Source: Bacteroidales bacterium (lineage in GTDB: Bacteria > Bacteroidota > Bacteroidia > Bacteroidales > JAFGUD01). From it: 64,000 nt of DNA. This document shows positions 27,921-37,395 of this stretch, piece after piece. Made by a program: the position numbers and the translations under genes. The stretch covers positions 1,584 to 65,583 of the forward strand of contig JAFGXO010000171.1 in NCBI GenBank assembly GCA_016936595.1, in the 5' to 3' direction. The notes under the pieces were generated by a model, which worked only from the letters and a program-made list of their open reading frames with translations, made no database searches and was not told where the DNA came from. The first letter of the stretch is position 1. Each line of letters opens with the position of its first letter.

Positions 27921-28510
27921 TTAGCATTTTTGTTTAAATTTACTCAAAACAGGTTCAAATTTAAATCCGCTAATTTCATCTAACAGTTCAAAACATAATT
28001 TAAACTCTCCTTTGTATCTGTTCAGTTCTACTGCAAAAATTTTCTGGTTATTATCTGTTAAATCTAACAATTCCAAAAGTTTGTTTATATTACTTTTCCA
28101 TAACAAATTATATTTTAATTTTGAAATTATTTTATTTTTGTTTCTCGAAAAATCATAAAATTTCCACAAAAGATGTTGCCTTAAAAAAACTCTTCATCGG
28201 TTGATCTAAAAACTTTTTTTCCAAAGCTTCGGCATACTCTTCGATGGATAAAAAATCAGATTTTTAATAATCATCGTTTATAATATAAATTGATATTTTT
28301 TTATTAATCTACTCTACTTCATTTGTTTTTTCAAGCCAATAAATAGTGCCACATTTTTTGCACTTTATTATTGCTGGATATTCCGGCAACATTGGTGCAC
28401 TTAAATATCAATCGGAATATCTAATTGAACCAAATGTATTACCACTTAATAAGCTTTTTTTAAAAATCCTTTTTTTACATTTAGGACATTCTTAAATTAA
28501 AGCAGGGCAT
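27921..28510 (-). pseudogene. Decayed gene for a small zinc-ribbon protein (multiple in-frame stops and frameshifts)
   Basis: My own reverse-strand translation gives MPCFNLR/(fs)/ECPKCKKRIFKKSLLSGNTFGSIRYSD*YLSAPMLPEYPAIIKCKKCGTIYWLEKTNEVE*INKKISIYIINDDY*KSDFLSIEEYAEALEKKFLDQPMKSFF/(fs)/LRQHLLWKFYDFSRNK...KQKC*. Only the last 82 aa survive as an ORF (27921-28169). Confidence 0.5.
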
Positions 28511-28554
28511 GGTTAAATATTGTTGTTTTTATTTATAAAAAACAGCTACAAAAA

Positions 28555-30867
28555 CTAATTATTAACAATAATAAATTTACTGTTTAAAACGATATGCTTA
28601 TTTGAAAAATCATTTACAACAGCAGAAATAAAATAAATTCCATTAGTAAAATTTGACACATCAATTGATAATATTTCATCTGAATTTTCGAATAACGAAT
28701 AAATAATTTTTCCGTTAATATCATAAATCTTTACACTTTCAATATTGCCTTGAGCAAACTTAGCATTTAAAATATCCGAAACAGGATTTGGAAATAATTG
28801 TAATTCAATATTTGTTGAAATGGTTGAAATATTTGCATTATTATTTGAATATCCTGGGGTTGACGACGAAAAAAACACATAATTTGGGCTTGCATCTGTT
28901 TGGCAGCCAAACGAAACATCAGTATTTTGAGCACCAAACGACAGAGTATCAACAACTAAATACTCATCACCATTTTTTAAGAACACTCCAATTTGTTCAC
29001 CGTCTTTACTTAATTTAAACGAAGCGTGTAAACTACCTTCTTCGGAATCGCTATCAGTCCAAACTAACAAAAATTCGTGTGGTTGCAAATGCATATCGGG
29101 TAAACGCCACATTCCGGCATCCTGCAAATCATCGGTTAAATAAATATCACCCAAAAAAATGGCATCATTTCCATAGTTGTAAAGCTCAAGCCAATCCTCA
29201 AAAATTCCGGATTCATCGGCTATTGTAGAAGAGTTATCTGCCATAAATTCATTGATAACAATAGTTAAATCTGATGCTTGCGGACTTACAACCGTAAAAT
29301 ATCCTTGATACGGCTCACGAGTTACATTTCCGGCATTATCTGTAAATTCATAAAAAAAATCAATTTGCATTACACCACTAAGTTGCTCTGTATTAACAGA
29401 ATAAACATTATCATTTGCTAATGTATCTCCATTATTTCCGGCATCGTTCATGTTTATATTATTCCATGCACCCTCATCTAAACTATAATTAAAAACAGCC
29501 GAAGTAATTGAACCATCATCTTCAACAAAAACTTCGGAGTTAAAAAAAGAATTATTTGTTAAAAAGCCATAATCAACAATTGAAACTATTGGACTAATTG
29601 GTTGCAAATCAAGCTGAGAAAGGGCAGAAATGATTCGTTTAGAGATATAAGGTTTTAAACCTTCTTTAACGTGCATACCAAGAGCTTGGATATAAGAGTT
29701 ATTAAAATCATCAACCGAAAAACCATAGTCGAGAGTTCTAAAATTATCAGCTTCGGCAAAAGGAGTAATCTTCGTTTTTAAGTCATCAATTATCGGATAA
29801 ATTAGAGATGTTTCAAAACTGGTTTCAATAATCAAATTAATATAAAAAGAAAATCTATCCCGATATACATCATTTTGAAGCAATTTATTAGCCAAGGGGC
29901 GATCATTTTCTGCCCAAGTATAAATATTTCTCTCTGTCCAATCTATATTAAACCAATCAATTCCAAAAGTATTATCCATATCGTAAGGAAGATATTCAAA
30001 TCGGTCGGTTGTTGGATTATGATACAAATAATAATTGTTTTGATTAAACGCATAACCGTCCCAATGCCCTGTTAATACTTCAAAAGCCAAAGTTTTAAGA
30101 TACAAATTAACATTAAAAACAGGTTCAAGATTTATTGGGAAGTCATCAACCGGAGTATTATTAAGAATATTAATAAAATTAGCTAAATCAGAATAATCGT
30201 CAACACTTTCATTTGATTTTAATTCATATATACGTCTTCCGTCTCCGTTTGTGAATTTATAATCGTCGGGATTATTACTTATAAACATCAAATTTGAACC
30301 CCAATAACATTTATATAAATTTCCAAACGAACGAGTATATCTTTTATCAAGAAAATTATCGTCAATATTTTCAACACTTATATAAAGTCCGAAATAATTA
30401 TTATTAATATAAACAGCAACATGATTTGCCCGAGCTGCCGGAATATGAATTTGTCGTAAAATATCACTATTTAATTTTGACCTAATTATTGAAGGATCGT
30501 TATGTTCGCCATTTAAATTTAAATTATCCAAATCGTAAAACTCAATATTTTCAAAAGTATTAAAACTTACTCTAAATGATTTTTTTTGAGCATAACGCGA
30601 GGTATTACCTCTTAATCTGAACCCCACTAAATTAAAAGTATCACACACCAAACTACTTGTAAAAATAAAAGTTGCCGGATATTCATGATCACTTTCAAGA
30701 TTTTCGGCGAGATAAAGTTCATCAAGAGAATCTTGGTTTATATAAATATCAATTCGAGGCACATCTTGATCAAAATATACAGGAGTTTGAATTGGAAAAT
30801 ATTGCTGAGATATTACATAAGTAAATAAACCAACCATTAATACAAATAAAAAGACTATTTTTTTCAT
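28555..30867 (-). CDS. CotH kinase-family protein with a lamin-tail domain (LTD) and a T9SS C-terminal sorting domain
   Basis: 770 aa. It has a signal peptide and an N-terminal CotH-like region (FRLRGNTSR, LNGEHNDPSIIRSKL, YLYHNP...EYLPYDMDNTFG). The LTD is VINEFMADNSS...FEDWLELYNYGNDAIFLGDIYLTDD. The C-terminal LQLFPNPVSDIL...VKIYDINGKIIYS...GIYFISAV is a T9SS CTD pattern. Confidence 0.85.
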   Translation of the reverse strand: MKKIVFLFVLMVGLFTYVISQQYFPIQTPVYFDQDVPRIDIYINQDSLDELYLAENLESDHEYPATFIFTSSLVCDTFNLVGFRLRGNTSRYAQKKSFRVSFNTFENIEFYDLDNLNLNGEHNDPSIIRSKLNSDILRQIHIPAARANHVAVYINNNYFGLYISVENIDDNFLDKRYTRSFGNLYKCYWGSNLMFISNNPDDYKFTNGDGRRIYELKSNESVDDYSDLANFINILNNTPVDDFPINLEPVFNVNLYLKTLAFEVLTGHWDGYAFNQNNYYLYHNPTTDRFEYLPYDMDNTFGIDWFNIDWTERNIYTWAENDRPLANKLLQNDVYRDRFSFYINLIIETSFETSLIYPIIDDLKTKITPFAEADNFRTLDYGFSVDDFNNSYIQALGMHVKEGLKPYISKRIISALSQLDLQPISPIVSIVDYGFLTNNSFFNSEVFVEDDGSITSAVFNYSLDEGAWNNINMNDAGNNGDTLANDNVYSVNTEQLSGVMQIDFFYEFTDNAGNVTREPYQGYFTVVSPQASDLTIVINEFMADNSSTIADESGIFEDWLELYNYGNDAIFLGDIYLTDDLQDAGMWRLPDMHLQPHEFLLVWTDSDSEEGSLHASFKLSKDGEQIGVFLKNGDEYLVVDTLSFGAQNTDVSFGCQTDASPNYVFFSSSTPGYSNNNANISTISTNIELQLFPNPVSDILNAKFAQGNIESVKIYDINGKIIYSLFENSDEILSIDVSNFTNGIYFISAVVNDFSNKHIVLNSKFIIVNN

Positions 30868-31104
30868 ACTATTGTTTTTTAAAAAATAAATATTTTTTAA
30901 ATGATTTTTATCAAAATTTGAGCAATAAATAATTCTTTATATGCTTAAAAACAACTATTTTAATTAAATTAATTTTTTAATAATTTAACATTTATTATGC
31001 TCCACTATCTACAAAGATACCATTTTATCTTAAAAAAAATATTTTATTCGTGCAAATAAAAAAAAAATTGCAACTTTGAAGAATTAAGAATCAAATATCG
31101 TATT

Positions 31105-31608
31105 ATGGAAATAAATTTTAAAAATAATTTAGTCCAAAATTTTAATGATGAAAAACTTGTTTTATTTGTAAACAAAAATAATGAGAATTTCACTTTTGCA
31201 ATGAAAATAGCACTTGCAGATGAACAACCTTACGCTTGGAGGGCAACGTGGGTTATTAATCATGCAACAAAAAATAATGACCCAAGACTAACAGAGTACA
31301 TATATTTAATAACAAAAGATTTACAAAAAAAACAAGACGGGCATCAACGAGAATTACTAAAACTCATTGAAAAAATTAAAATTGCAGAAGAAAATGAAGG
31401 CTTAATTTTTGACATTTGTATGACTATTTGGGAAGACGTTGATAAAATTCCTTCGGTAAGAATAATTGCACTTAAAATGTTAGTAAAAATCGTAAAAAAG
31501 TACCCCGAACTAATGAACGAACTAAAATTTATCACTCAAGAACACTACACAGAAACATTATCTCCCGGAATAAAAAATTCAATGAAAAAGATGATGAAAA
31601 ATTTATGA
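31105..31608 (+). CDS. Hypothetical helical protein
   Basis: 167-aa ORF with good coding character and predicted helical/HEAT-like composition. No family recognised. Confidence 0.45.
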   Translation: MEINFKNNLVQNFNDEKLVLFVNKNNENFTFAMKIALADEQPYAWRATWVINHATKNNDPRLTEYIYLITKDLQKKQDGHQRELLKLIEKIKIAEENEGLIFDICMTIWEDVDKIPSVRIIALKMLVKIVKKYPELMNELKFITQEHYTETLSPGIKNSMKKMMKNL

Positions 31609-31747
31609 ATTTAAACTAAATATTTTCCCTGATTTATTTATGAAAAATTGAACATCAGAACAAAAAAACTGCTCTGAGCTTACAAATTTTAATCATTAAA
31701 ATAATAACTTTGCACACTGAATAAAAAATAAAATAAAGCAAAATATC

Positions 31748-32851
31748 ATGGCACTAAAAGTAGGAATTATTGGACTAACAAACACCGGCAAAACAACCAT
31801 ATTTAACTGTTTTTCAAACACTAAAGCCGAAACTTCAAATTATAGTTTTTCTACAAATAAATCAAACTTTGGCATGGCGTATGTTCCCGACGCCCGACTA
31901 CATAAACTTTCTGAACTTGTTCCCACAAAAAAAATAGTTTACACAACTATGGAATTTGTTGATATTCCGGGCTTAACAAAAGGAGCATCAGAAGGACAAG
32001 GAATAGGAAATTCTTTTTTATCCGACATCAGAAACGTTGACGCAATAATCCACGTTACCCGTTGTTTTGAAGACGAAAATTTACCCCACGTTGAAGGTTC
32101 TATTAATCCCGTAAGAGACATTGAAATTCTTAATCTTGAACTTCAAATTAAAGACCTTGACAGTATTGAAAAACGCTTAGATAAAGTTGCTAAAAAACTT
32201 AAAGCCGGCGACAAAGAAGCAAAAAAAGAACACGAAATTCTTACTAATTACAAAGATCATTTAGAAAATTTTGAAAACGCACGAAGTATTGATATCAAAG
32301 AAGAAGATAAAAAATTCGTTGACGATTTATTCCTTTTAACCAATAAACCGGTAATGTATGTTTGTAATGTTGATGACGATTCAGCAAATTCGGGAAACAA
32401 ATACTCTAAAGAAGTAGAAAAGTATATTAAAGAAAACGACGCAAACGCAGATGTTCTTTTTATTGCTGCAAAACTCGAAGCCGATATCGCAGAACTTGAA
32501 AGCCAAGAGGATAGAGTGGAATTTTTAAAAGACGCCGGCCTTACTGAACCCGGAATAAACAAACTAATTCAAAAAGCATACGAACTACTAAATTTAAGCA
32601 CTTTTTTTACTGTTGGCGAACAAGAAAACAGAGCTTGGACTATTCACGCCGGCATAAAAGCCCCCGACGCTGCCGGAGTTATTCATAGCGACCTTAAACG
32701 TGGATTCATTCGTGCCGAAGTTATTGCTTACAACGATTTTATTGCCTTAGGTTCTGAACACGCCTGCAAAGAAAACGGAAAACTCCGACTTGAAGGAAAA
32801 GAATATATTATTAACGAAGGCGACATTTTACACATCAGATTTAACGTGTAA
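31748..32851 (+). CDS. ychF: Redox-regulated ribosome-binding ATPase YchF
   Basis: 367 aa. It has the P-loop GIIGLTNTGKTTIFN, G-motifs DIPGL and the YchF-type NVDD, plus a C-terminal TGS-like domain (RAWTIHAGIKAPDAAGVIHSDLKRGFIRAEV). Confidence 0.93.
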   Translation: MALKVGIIGLTNTGKTTIFNCFSNTKAETSNYSFSTNKSNFGMAYVPDARLHKLSELVPTKKIVYTTMEFVDIPGLTKGASEGQGIGNSFLSDIRNVDAIIHVTRCFEDENLPHVEGSINPVRDIEILNLELQIKDLDSIEKRLDKVAKKLKAGDKEAKKEHEILTNYKDHLENFENARSIDIKEEDKKFVDDLFLLTNKPVMYVCNVDDDSANSGNKYSKEVEKYIKENDANADVLFIAAKLEADIAELESQEDRVEFLKDAGLTEPGINKLIQKAYELLNLSTFFTVGEQENRAWTIHAGIKAPDAAGVIHSDLKRGFIRAEVIAYNDFIALGSEHACKENGKLRLEGKEYIINEGDILHIRFNV

Positions 32852-33020
32852 ACTAATTAAATAAATCAACAAAAAAATCCCTTTAAACTGCATACTATCA
32901 CAAAAAATGAAAAAAAAAAGCAATTTATCGGGATTTTTTTGTACTTTTAAAACCCAAATATTACGCGTACACAAAAACCAACAATATTTTTTTCTTTGTA
33001 AAACAATAAAAAACAATAAC

Positions 33021-33953
33021 ATGAAAAAAATCTACTTTATCTTTTTCGCCATTTTAATTACCCTTTCATCTTGCGAAAAAAAAGGGAATATAACTATCAA
33101 TAACTTAGATTATTATATAAAAAATAACACCGCACCATATGAAGTTGAATTATATCGCGCTGTAACTTATCAACCCTCCGAAGCAACAATAACTTGGGAT
33201 TTTGGCGACGGAACAACCTCTAATGACAAATCGCCTGTTCATATCTACGAACAAACCGGAAAATACAACGTAAAACTTACAATTGTTAACTACAAAACAA
33301 TTTCCGAAGAAACTATTATTATAGATGTAAGCCAAGACCCTATGCCTATAAAAAGCGATTTTGATTATCATTTTTTAACCAATAAAAGATACGCTCCATG
33401 CGAAGTTCAGTTCTACAATACCTCGCAATACGCATCAGATTTTTTCTGGAATTTTGACGACGGATTAGGTTCTAACGATGATTCTCCAAGCCATATTTTT
33501 GATTCAGTAGGTATCCATCGCGTTTATCTATACGCAATGAGTGGCGGTGATACTGCTGCATCTGTGCTTGAATTAGAAATTCTTCCTCCTCCCGAAAAAA
33601 TATCGGTTGATGTTGTTAGTATTTGGTTGCCAGGCACTTTATTAGGAGAGGATTACAGTCTTTATTATTATCTCGATATTTTTAATGAAACGCCTACAAA
33701 TTTACCTATGGTTAATGCTTCAACTATTCCTTTTGGTTGGATAATTGATAAAGAACTTTTCTTTTTTAATGGCGAATATAATTCCGATAATTTATATTTT
33801 GAAGTATGGAGCCCATACAATAACCAAGCTCCAACGTATAGTTTTGGTATTAGAATGGAAGAAATTCAAGACTTATACTACCCCGACACACTGTTTTGGG
33901 ACAACGGAAACGGATATGCCGCCGAAGTTCTTTTATCATATTATGATGATTAA
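33021..33953 (+). CDS. PKD-domain lipoprotein
   Basis: The start was moved to ATG 33021, giving MKKIYFIFFAILITLSSCEKK (lipobox LSSC). There are two PKD-like repeats (TWDFGDGTTSNDKSPVHIYEQTGKYNVKLTIVN and FWNFDDGLGSNDDSPSHIFDSVGIHRVYLYAM). Confidence 0.75.
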   Translation: MKKIYFIFFAILITLSSCEKKGNITINNLDYYIKNNTAPYEVELYRAVTYQPSEATITWDFGDGTTSNDKSPVHIYEQTGKYNVKLTIVNYKTISEETIIIDVSQDPMPIKSDFDYHFLTNKRYAPCEVQFYNTSQYASDFFWNFDDGLGSNDDSPSHIFDSVGIHRVYLYAMSGGDTAASVLELEILPPPEKISVDVVSIWLPGTLLGEDYSLYYYLDIFNETPTNLPMVNASTIPFGWIIDKELFFFNGEYNSDNLYFEVWSPYNNQAPTYSFGIRMEEIQDLYYPDTLFWDNGNGYAAEVLLSYYDD

Positions 33954-34041
33954 ATTTTAAATATTGAATTTTATTCTATTAATTGCTTTTTTTCTATCAT
34001 ATTAAATTAAAAACTTAAAACACAAATAATAACACCAAATC

Positions 34042-34653
34042 ATGAAAATATTTTGCATAGGCAGAAATTACCTTAATCATGCCAAGGAATTAAATAATTC
34101 TGTACCCACAGAACCCGTTGTTTTCTTAAAACCCGACACTGCTCTTTTACGTAATAATGACCCTTTTTATTTACCCGATTTTTCTGATGAAATTCATCAT
34201 GAAATTGAACTTGTTGTTAAAATTAACAAAGTAGGAAAACACATTGCCAAAGAATTTGCCCACAGATATTACAACGAAATAGGACTGGGTGTTGATTTTA
34301 CTGCAAGAGACCTTCAAGCAAAACTAAAAGAAAAAGGTTTACCCTGGGAAAAAGCAAAAGCATTCGATTTTTCTGCCCCAATTTCTACAAATTTTATTAA
34401 CAAAGAAGATTTAGAGCTCGAAAATTTGAACTTTTCGTTAGAAATTAACAACAAAATAGTACAAAATGGCAATACAGCCGATATGATTTTTAAAATTGAT
34501 GAGTTAATTGAACATATTTCAAAATTTTTTACTCTAAAAATTGGCGACTTAATTTACACCGGAACACCGGCAGGTGTTGGCAAAATAGAAATTGGAGATC
34601 ATTTACAAGGCTTTATTAATGAAAAAATAATGCTCGATTTTTTGATAAAATAA
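34042..34653 (+). CDS. Fumarylacetoacetate hydrolase (FAH)-family protein
   Basis: 203 aa. It has KIFCIGRNYLNHAKEL, HHEIELVVKI (metal ligands) and GDLIYTGTPAGVG. Confidence 0.85.
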   Translation: MKIFCIGRNYLNHAKELNNSVPTEPVVFLKPDTALLRNNDPFYLPDFSDEIHHEIELVVKINKVGKHIAKEFAHRYYNEIGLGVDFTARDLQAKLKEKGLPWEKAKAFDFSAPISTNFINKEDLELENLNFSLEINNKIVQNGNTADMIFKIDELIEHISKFFTLKIGDLIYTGTPAGVGKIEIGDHLQGFINEKIMLDFLIK

Positions 34654-34698
34654 CAAACCATTTGTTTTTTAATAAAAATTCAACTTTTATAGAACATA

Positions 34699-34735
34699 AA
34701 AACCGCCTAATAATTAAAATTAGGCGGTTTTTTCT
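34699..34735 (+). terminator. Rho-independent terminator after the FAH gene
   Basis: AACCGCCTAA-TAATTAAAA-TTAGGCGGTT is a perfect 10-bp stem followed by a T-run. Confidence 0.75.
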
Positions 34736-34897
34736 ATAAAAATCACATCTAAAAAATTATTCAGAAAAATTCAATTATCTAAACTTTTCAAAGATATGTA
34801 AATAAGAAATTTACACTTGATTTTTTGGTATATTTGTTTTATATTTGGAATCAAATTTGCACGGTAATTTTTACTAACCTTTAAAAACATCACAAAG

Positions 34898-36844
34898 ATG
34901 AAAAAAATTTACACTATTTTTTTATTGCTCTCTTCACTTTTGCTGAATTTACCTCATTTAAATGCACAAGTAGCAGTAAATACCACTGGAGCCGCACCTA
35001 ACTCAAGTGCCATGCTCGACGTTTCGGCAACTAACAAAGGAATACTAATTCCAAGAGTTACTTTAACTGCCGTAAACGATGCAACAACTATCCCCAGCCC
35101 GGCAAACGGTTTAATGGTTTTTCATACAGGAACCGGTTCAATGCAAGAAGGCTTTTATTTTTGGTCATCTACTGATAGCAATTGGAAACTTTTATACAGC
35201 GGTAATGTCCCCTCTGTGCCCGGAAATACAGTATATTGGGTTCGTCCAACCGGAATGCCTTACATACAGCCGGAAGGAAATGACTATATAAGAGTAAACG
35301 ATGCAGGTGAATCATACGGACTTTATTATAATGGAGCAACTAACCAATATGGTATTTTTTCAAGAACAACAGATGGAACAGGTACTACTGCGGCCATAGT
35401 GGGTTTTTCTGATGTTACGGGAAATCAAACGTATGGTTATTTGGGTTATAACGGTACATGGAATCCTCCTGCCTATAGTGGATTCGGAGCAATAAATGGA
35501 GCAGCAGTATATGGTGTGGTTGATGACCCCGGAAGAATTGCAGGTTTTTTTAGAACAACCTCAAACGCAAGCTATGCTGCAAACATTGGTTATTCCGATG
35601 TTTGGATAGCCGGTTATTATTATGCTGATGTAAATAGCACTTCATATAACTCACGTCCAGCTCTTTATGGACAAATGAATGTTTTTGTTGACAAAGCCGG
35701 TTACCAAAACGGAATTAAAGGTATTTCCTTTTACGAAGGTAGCGGTGGCACATCTGGTATTTCAACAGGTGGTTCTTTTATCGGTATTGGATACTCTCAA
35801 AAAGCTGTGGGTTCTTATGGTTATGCTTATGGAGAAACAGCAGGATTAGGTTATTTATATGAACTTTCAAATTCCGTTGGAGCAGTAGGCTTATCTGAAC
35901 ATTCTGGTTTAAATTATCCAGATGCAAGCATGTATCAATTTGGAGTTATTGGACAAAAATACCAGGACTGGTCAGGATCATATGGCTACGATTTAAGAAG
36001 TGGTGGAGTTTTAGGAGTTACTTTTAGAATTGACAATTCCACTATTCAATCGTGGGGGGCTTTGGGTTATAAATCTTCTAGCGGAGTAAATTACGGAGCA
36101 TACTTTGGCACAGGAGGTTCAGGAGCCGGTGGAGGAAAAAAACCAGCTATAGCTCAAAATATTGGTTTTGGTAGCAACTCAGACTTAATGGGAGGATGGG
36201 TATCCGGTGATATTTATGGTTTAGCTGTAAGTGGCGACAGATTTAGCTTATATGTTGATGGACGACAATATAATAACGATGTTATCACTCAATTTTCTAA
36301 TAACGGCTCAGATATTAGAACTTCAACTTATGTTCCAACATCAACGTCAGTTGATATTATTGCAAAAGGTACTGCAATTTTATCCGAAGGAAAAGCTACA
36401 ATAATTTTTGATGAAAATTTCACAAATATTGTGTCTGCTTCTGAACCAATTATTATAACAGTTACTCCTCAAGGAAAAACTCAGGGCGTCTATGTTGATG
36501 CAGTAAAGAACACAGGCTTTATTATTGCAGAAAATAATGACGGAAAATCCTCAACAACAGTAAATTGGATTGCTATTGGAACTAAAAAAGGATATGAAAA
36601 CATTGACGAACCAACAGAATTGATCTCAAATGATTTTGATAATAATTTAAAAAAGGTTATGTTTAATGAAACCTTAACCGGTAGTGCAAGTCCTATTTGG
36701 TGGGATGGACAACAGCTTCGATTTGACGCAATCACAAAAGATATTGATAAATCAATTTTTACTCAACCTGTAAATATTAATAATATCAATGCCACTAAAC
36801 AAAATAATCAACCTAATAATCCAAATAACAATATAAAGAACTAA
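34898..36844 (+). CDS. Secreted Gly/Tyr/Ser-rich protein of unknown function
   Basis: 648 aa. It has a signal peptide and an N-terminal module (VAVNTTGAAPNSSAMLDVSATNKGILIPRVTLTA...PANGLMVFHTG) that recurs in Bacteroidota surface proteins. A long G/Y/S-rich central region follows, and the tail is Asn-rich. Confidence 0.6.
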   Translation: MKKIYTIFLLLSSLLLNLPHLNAQVAVNTTGAAPNSSAMLDVSATNKGILIPRVTLTAVNDATTIPSPANGLMVFHTGTGSMQEGFYFWSSTDSNWKLLYSGNVPSVPGNTVYWVRPTGMPYIQPEGNDYIRVNDAGESYGLYYNGATNQYGIFSRTTDGTGTTAAIVGFSDVTGNQTYGYLGYNGTWNPPAYSGFGAINGAAVYGVVDDPGRIAGFFRTTSNASYAANIGYSDVWIAGYYYADVNSTSYNSRPALYGQMNVFVDKAGYQNGIKGISFYEGSGGTSGISTGGSFIGIGYSQKAVGSYGYAYGETAGLGYLYELSNSVGAVGLSEHSGLNYPDASMYQFGVIGQKYQDWSGSYGYDLRSGGVLGVTFRIDNSTIQSWGALGYKSSSGVNYGAYFGTGGSGAGGGKKPAIAQNIGFGSNSDLMGGWVSGDIYGLAVSGDRFSLYVDGRQYNNDVITQFSNNGSDIRTSTYVPTSTSVDIIAKGTAILSEGKATIIFDENFTNIVSASEPIIITVTPQGKTQGVYVDAVKNTGFIIAENNDGKSSTTVNWIAIGTKKGYENIDEPTELISNDFDNNLKKVMFNETLTGSASPIWWDGQQLRFDAITKDIDKSIFTQPVNINNINATKQNNQPNNPNNNIKN

Positions 36845-36871
36845 AAAAAGGGGCTTATAATGCCCCTTTTA
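36844..36871 (+). terminator. Rho-independent terminator
   Basis: AAAGGGGC-TTATAAT-GCCCCTTTT hairpin directly after the stop codon. Confidence 0.7.
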
Positions 36872-36956
36872 AAAAATCAATTTAAATTCGTCAAAATTTG
36901 TTTGGATTTTATTAAAGCTTTATTTATATTTGAACAAAAATAAAAAACAAATAAAC

Positions 36957-37349
36957 ATGAAAGAGAATTTTAAAAAAGTAAGAGAATTTTTGTTTGACTT
37001 AGAAATGACTATTGTCAGCGAAGATACTGTAAACGAAATATTTGTTGTTCAAAAAGAAGATGATGGAGTAATGAACATGGTTATTGCACTTGCAGATCCT
37101 GTATTAATTCTCGAACAACAACTTTTTGAAATAAAAACAGAAAGCATTGATTTATACAAACAACTTCTGATGAAAAACCGAGACATAATACATGGTGCTA
37201 TGGTTTTAGACGAAGAAGGAAAAACCCTTTTGTATAGAGACACCTTAGAGTTAGAAAACTTAGACTTAAATGAACTCGAAGCTTCTGTAGAATCTCTATC
37301 TTTACTTCTATCTGAATTTGGAGAAGATATTTTAAAATACGCTCAATAA
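36957..37349 (+). CDS. YbjN-like / secretion-chaperone-like small acidic protein (hypothetical)
   Basis: 130 aa from ATG 36957 (the ORF-track start 36930 is TTG). It is acidic, and the pattern FLFDLEMTIVSED...IFVVQKEDDGVMNMVIAL...LYRDTLELENLDLNELE resembles the YbjN/T3SS-chaperone-like fold family. This is a weak assignment. Confidence 0.45.
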   Translation: MKENFKKVREFLFDLEMTIVSEDTVNEIFVVQKEDDGVMNMVIALADPVLILEQQLFEIKTESIDLYKQLLMKNRDIIHGAMVLDEEGKTLLYRDTLELENLDLNELEASVESLSLLLSEFGEDILKYAQ

Positions 37350-37360
37350 AAACAAACATA

Positions 37361-37388
37361 AAAAAACCTCCGCAATGGAGGTTTTTTT
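37361..37388. terminator. Bidirectional terminator between convergent genes (also ends the ribosomal super-operon after rplQ)
   Basis: AAAAAACCTCC-GCAAT-GGAGGTTTTTTT is a hairpin flanked by an A-run and a T-run. Confidence 0.7.
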
Positions 37389-37395
37389 ATAGTAT

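Noticed and set aside
27921-28510. Stop-codon reassignment or programmed recoding as an explanation for the interrupted zinc-ribbon frame
   Set aside because: All three stop codons (TGA, TAG, TAA) interrupt the frame and frameshifts are also needed. More than 70 other genes in the window terminate normally under the standard code. Decay is the simpler reading.
32257-32562. 101-aa minus-strand ORF
   Set aside because: It lies inside ychF on the opposite strand, with Ser-rich low-complexity translation.
32907-33020. 38-codon N-terminal extension of the PKD lipoprotein ORF
   Set aside because: The internal ATG at 33021 gives a textbook lipoprotein signal peptide with a lipobox Cys. The upstream extension is Lys/Phe-rich AT-run translation.
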